DNA of 64,000 nucleotides from assembly GCA_032718475.1 (NCBI GenBank), contig JAUCBJ010002693.1:26453-90452 (forward strand). The letters run 5' to 3'. Positions 62,101 to 64,000 of this stretch are shown piece by piece. The position numbers and the translations under genes were made by a program. Position 1 is the first letter of the stretch. Each line of letters starts with the position of its first letter. The notes under the pieces were generated by a model. The model was given only the letters and a program-made list of their open reading frames with translations, ran no database searches and was not told the DNA's origin. The stretch comes from Nemertoderma westbladi. Taxonomy: Eukaryota > Animalia > Xenacoelomorpha.

Positions 62101-63753
62101 CCATCGACGGTGTTACTATCAATTCTGTCGCGCAATCGTCTGGATGGCAGTCATTCACGAGAGATATGCTACGCCGGGTTCTTTGTGTCATGGCCAATGC
62201 ACACATCTCCAACCAGACTACTGTATATAATACAGTATTGGAGGTGGTCTCATCGGTACATCCCCCAAGCTTTAGACTTGGGACAGAGCCGCCTCCGCTT
62301 CGCAGGACATTGCTTCCGCTGTGAGGACCAGCCTGTTCACAATCTTGTACTTTGGCTGCCTCATTGAGAAAATAAGCAATGTGGACTTCCGCCGACTTTC
62401 TTAAGGTGTCTCTTAAATGACACTGGCCTTGAAGATGCGGATAATGTCGCGAAAGTCATGAGGATATGCAGTTGTGGCGGCGCAAATTGTCGACATGCGG
62501 GCCGGCTTAGCATAATACGCGCTGCATCACAGCAAGCCAATTGTATATTGCAATGTGTGGTGGCACATATTTTTTGTTAAAGTCAGCTTGCATCTCAATT
62601 TGCAGCTGCAATGCAGCATGCCGATTATAGTAGTAGTACGGAGAATGAGGTATTTATTTTTCATTACGGTTTATTGAATGTTAAATAAAGGGATATTAAA
62701 TATATTGAAGGGAAAATCACCACATTGGCACCATGTTAACATCGATGGTAAGTTTAACTAAAGTGCAGTTGTCTTCCATATAGTAAAGATCTGTAGAAAA
62801 ATATGGGGGCTGAGCTGAGCCATCAGAAAATACAACTATATTATTGATAATGAAGTTAGTGAAAAAATATTATTTAAATGGTCCTGAAAAAACAGAATAT
62901 ACTTGGGCCCTACTCCTACACACAATAAATCCTGAGTTACGGCAACGGCATTAGTTATGTATCGCCTGGAACCACTTGAACCAATCCTGGGCATTTCCGA
63001 TGTGACCGGGGGCCAGACAGTGTTTTTGATATTCAAATTAAACTATATTTATCATTATGATTGTATTATTAATTTTAGGTCGTATATCGATTGGGAACTA
63101 AAGGAGAAGTTCGAAATGTGAAATCAAAAAGGGAAACGAACTATTCGCCAAATGGAAGTAACTTACCGAGTGAAATTTTTTGGTACGAAACAAAAAATTC
63201 TAGAACTTTAAAGAACACAACTCGAAGCAGCAATAGCAGTCTACCCGCAATATCACATATCAGCCAATCAGTAAACACTTATTATAAACTTCCAGAACTC
63301 TCGTCGTTAAGGAAACGAGAGACTTCCAGTTCGCGGGAGTATCGCTTGGGGGCGCAGGGCTACGGGACTCAGATGCATTACATCAACCTCGCGGATTCGG
63401 GGGGCAGCACGCTGACCGTGCCGCCCTCGGGGGACCGCACGGGGGACCAAACGGACCCCCGTCCCTTCCCCCTTATACCTGTGGTTTGCGGTGTCGGGGG
63501 GGCCGGGCTGGTGCTAATCCTCGTTATCTGTCTGGTGTTAACTCGAAACCGGGAGCCTACCAGGGAGATGAACAGTCAGACGTTGATACGTCTCCCTAGC
63601 AACGAGACTGCGAGTCCGATGGCGAGTCACGTGGTTGCTAACGAGGCTGTGCTTAGCAACGGCCGTGGCAATAACGTTACCACAGTAACAACTCCGTTGG
63701 TCTATATGACTAGCACCTACATAGACGGAGGTTGTGAGTGTACAGAAGTCTAG
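4949..63753 (+). CDS. FREM2: FREM2/ECM3-like (FRAS1/FREM family) extracellular matrix protein, 5'-partial, 19 exons
   Basis: Spliced exons listed below join in frame (4334 nt plus 1 nt from the upstream exon = 1445 codons). They encode five Calx-beta repeats, then motifs colinear with FREM2: GYPVVCVSAC, LDSAYFSPSSRLRC, FYKHLNLKECEWLF, FHTEAQFIGRFVL, VRDLSGSYTILMVPC, GYIPKYN, then TM and CTEV*. Orthology to FREM2 rather than FRAS1/FREM3 is by recalled similarity. Confidence 0.88.
5210..5303. repeat. About 20-bp minisatellite (CCCCCAGTGACGCCACAGGA-like), about 5 copies
   Basis: Direct inspection; begins about 35 nt after the donor. Confidence 0.85.
5824..5949 (+). CDS. FREM2-like exon (Calx-beta 2 N-half, RGD)
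   Basis: CAG|, EPTLYF..FTEDVG..VSRRGDP..VQCYT, G|GTTAGT; not in ORF track. Confidence 0.88.
6061..6328. mobile_element. MITE family A, copy 2
   Basis: Same body and TIR; flanks GTGACAGTCG / GTGACAGTGG. Confidence 0.78.
9324..9584 (+). CDS. FREM2-like exon (Calx-beta 2 C-half)
   Basis: TAG|, ATIDKDY..CDIYVTDDDKFE..LANP, G|GTAAGT. Confidence 0.9.
9817..9969 (+). CDS. FREM2-like exon (Calx-beta 3 N-half)
   Basis: TAG|, EPRFNF..YEVSES..VARFGTDL, T|GTTAGT. Confidence 0.88.
10566..10775 (+). CDS. FREM2-like exon (Calx-beta 3 C-half)
   Basis: CAG|, NSDYIPI..ITIIDD..LEGRESVQLLLSNP, G|GTGGGT. Confidence 0.88.
11336..11545 (+). CDS. FREM2-like exon (Calx-beta 4 N-half)
   Basis: CAG|, VPLINF..NES..ISRSGDL..VLC..ADF..ITF, G|GTTAGA. 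Confidence 0.87.
12110..12340 (-). mobile_element. Old RTE-type LINE relic
   Basis: QLTNEELY..SSTLQ resembles the RTE C-terminal MTNAELY..STTLR of the other copies. Confidence 0.4.
12401..12568 (+). CDS. FREM2-like exon (Calx-beta 4 C-half)
   Basis: CAG|, KNCQIVLIDDGEFEGMEHFKVSL..VLDEDD, A|GTTAGT. Confidence 0.9.
12977..13171 (+). CDS. FREM2-like exon (Calx-beta 5 N-half)
   Basis: TAG|, PRITLGESSY..GDL..ALANIDYQP, A|GTAAGT. Confidence 0.87.
13333..13494 (+). CDS. FREM2-like exon (Calx-beta 5 C-half)
   Basis: TAG|, IKIEPDEVREDMENFTVVL, G|GTGAGT. Confidence 0.87.
13505..13645. repeat. Degenerate 21-23 bp tandem repeat just after the donor
   Basis: Recurrent CGGTCGTTAAAGG..AAT units. Confidence 0.55.
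13665..14520 (+). mobile_element. RTE-clade LINE family 2, 5'-truncated pseudo-RT
   Basis: TDTDFA/DIALL (frameshifted FADD), GLHINATKTE, FQYLGS, RRLRFSGH, RGRP. Confidence 0.9.
14560..14684 (+). CDS. FREM2-like exon
   Basis: TAG|, FPDEPLVVSLLDY..GYPVVCVS, |GTAAGT. Confidence 0.9.
15371..15492 (+). CDS. FREM2-like exon
   Basis: TAG|, ACDQGHPRY..C..TRYKW, CG|GTAAGT (phase 2). Confidence 0.88.
15492..18350. repeat. 21/22-bp minisatellite (GGTAAGTCGTCTAATATGGTT) with 43-bp higher-order pairing, roughly 130 units
   Basis: Direct inspection; fills intron 15493-18371. Confidence 0.97.
18372..18493 (+). CDS. FREM2-like exon
   Basis: TAG|, VLDSAYFSPSSRLRCLATAV, G|GTATGT. Confidence 0.9.
19638..20382. 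repeat. 41-bp minisatellite, about 18 near-identical copies
   Basis: AACTCTACTTTTCCTGGTGTAGTGTTTGGATTCCTTTTCCA. Confidence 0.97.
20755..21054. mobile_element. Head-to-head (foldback) tRNA-derived SINE
   Basis: About 120-bp near-perfect inverted arms; A box TGGTGTAGTGG, B box GGTTCGATCC; 14-bp direct repeat AAATTAAACTAATT at 20745 and 21055. Confidence 0.8.
21590..22245 (-). mobile_element. RTE-clade LINE family 1, APE endonuclease fragment (outermost nested host)
   Basis: RLASVNTLTL..VGVQEHR..GGIGLL..CYSPT..LGDINA. Confidence 0.85.
22246..23835 (-). mobile_element. APE-type LINE (L2/CR1/RTEX-like), RT and 3' end
   Basis: SYRPIA, MDIASAFDSV, GLKQGSIISP, SYADD, FLGV; (AAATC)n tail near 22246-22265. 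Confidence 0.9.
23841..25089 (-). repeat. 3' LTR (1249 bp)
   Basis: Direct repeat of 34649-35282 plus 40667-41284. Confidence 0.95.
25361..26598 (-). pseudogene. Accessory Zn-knuckle ORF in env position (one stop, one frameshift)
   Basis: 132-aa ORF reads through TGA into CRLCASRDHDTQW, then shifts into the 227-aa ORF with CAYC-X5-H-X4-C and CHHC-X4-H-X4-C. Confidence 0.65.
28230..28550 (-). pseudogene. pol remnant: RNase H end fused to integrase tail
   Basis: In frame after the TAG: RHCLGTINPADIASRG..WLGG.DFL..EWP then LNRPAGRLCLLE. Confidence 0.85.
28551..32378 (-). CDS. gag: BEL/Pao Gag-protease polyprotein (1275 aa)
   Basis: FNGD..W..F..EKLRFLIKCLEG (BEL gag core), three Zn knuckles CALC..H..C, CYNC..GH..C, CAKC..HH.LLH, protease ALLDFGS..ILIG..RTRVGW..GP; N-terminal AAAAEAEAKRK coiled-coil repeats. 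Confidence 0.92.
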   Translation of the reverse strand: MSDTTQSLSDSLLESVRMTVRQCLKKISDPDPSIEHPRSKSKSPTIVKKAIPTVVVSDPRLLEQRRSIIGTRAQVKRDQEAAVKQQQHPILEPSSQRPDSSSSSDTAERTPERGAKMVDTVYDEQPTYEESTDATSSQVESEVESELTAAEKPRTRDAIDIYLSDYQRFLGDEELRRRLSGLRPNSEGTKLVLDAIDAEMLAANQAKFDERLRLVRVQEEQIKKKQIEDRKAAAVTAAEAEAERKAAAAEAEAKRKAAAAEAEAKRKATAAEAEAKRNAAVAEAERRASEEITQLELENLQETQDCINKQLTASQMQMRSRSTPKRQGYTSSEEGETTDPEGGGNRSRLSRRRKTSHRYKLPDLPPAVRRQLASTDLGGTEPTEQIIQVKRLPTIVDEPEIIRPVVHKVTPVLETPVLPELNSKFPLHSTTLPVPGRTVHENIPVLEAEREIKDLSPVVPRQPATMLATPASAVEWVEEGRRGMNLLLGQMQETVHQLKGTVREGRAELQEVQQSIALERDKLVNIQNGISIPPVTLCQPVRSEVLHAQGVEPTRIYTASEVETPIANPIKGDYKPVVNDIPYRPDNDPRNLYADNSILNNTMAQESFTRQMARTEARQAVKVGEIVKFNGDEMKWLPFNEYYKDSIQNSVLSNGEKLRFLIKCLEGPPKLMALKFIGHPEGLRQVWDTLNIRYGNKDNIAKYLYAKLVAPRNFLSSGIIEFSDEIQEICRQLDWLGKSHEYQSSMVIGAVVSTLPKGGVCTRWDKKVLYMNEQQRRSPTMADLMSFLDSEVKLQLIKQSREKTSENKVSEKPVSRRRIIPVCYTDDGESQASQEEDSGKDTAKSYYDNKTYKDVSKYKSRTSDRREQVTTTPPMSPKRIHGRKPEERTRVHNVTQGKVSNIKPKCALCDGPHRLSACAEFLKKSLVDRRTVLWNKRLCYNCLRSGHQRRTCYSDVKCAKCGAKHHILLHSEFERDTPSQVSEPELHVQFSDVNDTDQESEMEGFYTDEFSDANESCYLINTSVYRALTYEKDTDNEFPPTTFARQPSWKAPTSNVGIREFPVVQVRVHGPNKSYIVNALLDFGSTGTFIDQELAEDIFAGQPKFRTKLNMSGIMQVWKSTLTADYYVGVLSTPQDKLGAQGIRSVKMVAIKNLAATQADLYNWDEDESIQHLKIPRLQTDYPGVQILIGQNAHETLETLEKRPAQPQPLQTYAVRTRVGWYFTGPSRRTLKERLPQQQVYQVKEWEVESSDVDDPTEGTPYSSDNDDINSNVDQ
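33760..34280. repeat. About 230-bp direct duplication (period about 288) in BEL 5' leader
   Basis: AAACGCTGGCAGA...CTCTACACACGC twice. Confidence 0.9.
34455..34590. repeat. About 37-bp tandem repeat x3 next to the PBS position
   Basis: GTACCGGTTCTGGCAGTTGGGCCTACGGACCTACAGAA variants. Confidence 0.85.
35283..40666. mobile_element. Long-TIR foldback DNA transposon, Academ-like, non-autonomous
   Basis: TAGTCTAC...GTAGACTA termini; 3-bp TSD ATA deduced from the empty site in the other LTR; inverted arms of about 1.4 kb (35283-36696 / 39187-40666). Confidence 0.85.
36697..39135 (+). mobile_element. Decayed RTE LINE family 1 inside the foldback element
   Basis: LGDFNA, FVDFFKAF, DFTDD, YLGSWI, LAGHC; many frameshifts; (TAG)n tail. 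Confidence 0.9.
41290..42365 (-). mobile_element. 5' half of the same LINE (endonuclease end and linker)
   Basis: YIDHIV, SDHVPI, KGKAPD; GETVI joins KCLYKGKGKD across the LTR insertion. Confidence 0.9.
42366..43160 (-). mobile_element. Probable 5' UTR and ORF start of the same RTE element
   Basis: ATG-initiated Pro/Ser-rich ORF 42662-42360 cut at the LINE junction; joins plausibly to KITRLASVN at 22245; no TSD found. Confidence 0.55.
43506..43625 (+). mobile_element. Short RTE family 1 fragment
   Basis: Matches 38426-38545 (LEHVDDFCYLGSWIR). Confidence 0.75.
44948..45185 (+). CDS. FREM2-like exon
   Basis: TAG|, SASISYTG..HASGALPLLAS, AG|GTATTA. Confidence 0.87.
45587..46032 (+). CDS. FREM2-like exon
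   Basis: CAG|, CANF..LRGNKTVEFYKHLNLKECEW..VTVPLHV..LSYVYET, G|GTTAGT. Confidence 0.9.
46027..51278. repeat. 28-bp satellite (TAACGGGTTATTAATCTAACGGTATATG), about 187 copies
   Basis: Direct inspection; first unit overlaps the exon end. Confidence 0.98.
51279..53958 (+). mobile_element. RTE LINE family 2, interrupted and internally deleted
   Basis: WKIHFSNLL, NYRGI, QNGFR, FVDFSKAF, FQYLGS, RRLRFSGH; 3' part near-identical to 13890-14515. Confidence 0.9.
51721..52814. mobile_element. Non-autonomous TTAA-targeting DNA transposon (Kolobok-like GG termini)
   Basis: TTAA|GGGGG..GGTAACCC ... GGTTACCCC..CCC|TTAA; removal rejoins the LINE (..AELSK / KSMSNHKASG). Confidence 0.75.
53981..54243 (+). 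CDS. FREM2-like exon
   Basis: CAG| (alternative TAG| at 53987), DGQLSVRFHTEAQFIGRFVLRH..PTQVWRF, |GTGAGT. Confidence 0.87.
54355..54857. repeat. About 23-bp minisatellite (GTTTGTCCGTCTGTTTACTAGAG)
   Basis: About 20 units ending about 24 nt before the acceptor. Confidence 0.92.
54881..55148 (+). CDS. FREM2-like exon
   Basis: AAG|, VRDLSGSYTILMVPC..CQPQRPVQFQLELR..FSQG, G|GTTAGT. Confidence 0.9.
55165..55300. repeat. About 40-bp tandem repeat (AACTACACTGGTATCCATG..) x3-4
   Basis: Fills most of the 207-nt intron. Confidence 0.8.
55356..55537 (+). CDS. FREM2-like exon
   Basis: TAG|, KVALCSGQLGYIPKYN..GCL, |GTGAGT. Confidence 0.9.
55812..55875. repeat. (CTGTTRTT)n microsatellite
   Basis: Direct inspection. 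Confidence 0.85.
56754..56933 (+). CDS. FREM2-like exon
   Basis: CAG|, PFNFAL..FRLSSSPFYRV..KWFIQ, |GTATGT. Confidence 0.88.
57030..57830. mobile_element. Diverged relative of the 51721 element
   Basis: Shared ATATACCATCG, GCGCCCC.TAGCGG, CTCCGTTATT, CCACATTTTTTGGAA, GGTCGCTGAT blocks. Confidence 0.6.
57924..58835. repeat. 22/30-bp palindromic minisatellite (CTCAGTGAGTCATAGTCTATGC)
   Basis: Direct inspection. Confidence 0.96.
58901..59000 (+). mobile_element. tRNA-derived SINE head
   Basis: A box TGGTGTAGTGG, B box GGTTCGATCCC; no clean cloverleaf. Confidence 0.55.
59040..59575. repeat. Internally repetitive element with three CGCCCTCTAGCGGCAGAC blocks
   Basis: Blocks at 59078, 59311, 59458. 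Confidence 0.7.
59858..60090. mobile_element. Palindromic MITE-like element
   Basis: CTTGGGC..ACAGTTAGAC / GTCTAACTGT..GCCCAAG with internal CTAATTAG palindromes. Confidence 0.45.
60165..62640 (+). mobile_element. RTE LINE family 1, 5'-truncated, with duplicated 3' segment
   Basis: SFRGISL, QNGFR, FVDFFKAFD, LQGDTLAP, YLGSWI, LRFAGHC; (TAG)n tail at about 62630. Confidence 0.9.
63079..63753 (+). CDS. FREM2-like last coding exon (furin-like sites, TM helix, PDZ-binding tail)
   Basis: TAG|, KSKR and RKR, GTQMHYINL, hydrophobic LIPVVCGVGGAGLVLILVICLVL, ends CTEV*. Confidence 0.9.
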   Translation, partial: VVYRLGTKGEVRNVKSKRETNYSPNGSNLPSEIFWYETKNSRTLKNTTRSSNSSLPAISHISQSVNTYYKLPELSSLRKRETSSSREYRLGAQGYGTQMHYINLADSGGSTLTVPPSGDRTGDQTDPRPFPLIPVVCGVGGAGLVLILVICLVLTRNREPTREMNSQTLIRLPSNETASPMASHVVANEAVLSNGRGNNVTTVTTPLVYMTSTYIDGGCECTEV

Positions 63754-64000
63754 CTACTGTAACAACTGTAGGTTTAAGTGCTTATAGATACTTAAAATTA
63801 TATACGGTAGGTTTAAAGCCGCATCCACTTTATCCAGTCAAAAGACAACATACATAAATATTATCTTATAATTTAATTATTTCTACTACTACTCTACTAC
63901 GCATTATATATATATTACATATATATTAAGAATGCTGTGCCGGCTTGTCGACACAATTGCGCCGCTACAACTCCCTATCACCCATTACTACTAGGATCGG

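Overview
Animal (invertebrate-type, AT-rich) genomic DNA, not prokaryotic. The window holds the 3' part of one large + strand gene, a FREM2/ECM3-like (FRAS1/FREM family) extracellular-matrix membrane protein. I traced 19 frame-consistent GT-AG exons (4949-63753, about 1445 codons) encoding five Calx-beta repeats, the FRAS1/FREM C-terminal domain, furin-like sites, a TM helix and a C-terminal TEV PDZ motif. The introns are inflated by repeats. One 26.5-kb intron (18494-44947) contains a five-level nested transposon stack: RTE LINE > second LINE > BEL/Pao LTR element > Academ-like long-TIR element > decayed RTE LINE. The BEL/Pao element is young (near-identical 1249-bp LTRs, 5-bp TSD) but pol-deleted. 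It has no tRNA-type PBS; an 11-nt sequence perfectly complementary to its own LTR sits there instead (candidate self-priming). It also carries a decayed extra zinc-knuckle ORF and duplicated RNA hairpins. Several other introns are filled by minisatellites whose repeat unit is the splice junction itself. All calls were made by eye; family names come from motif recognition, not database searches.
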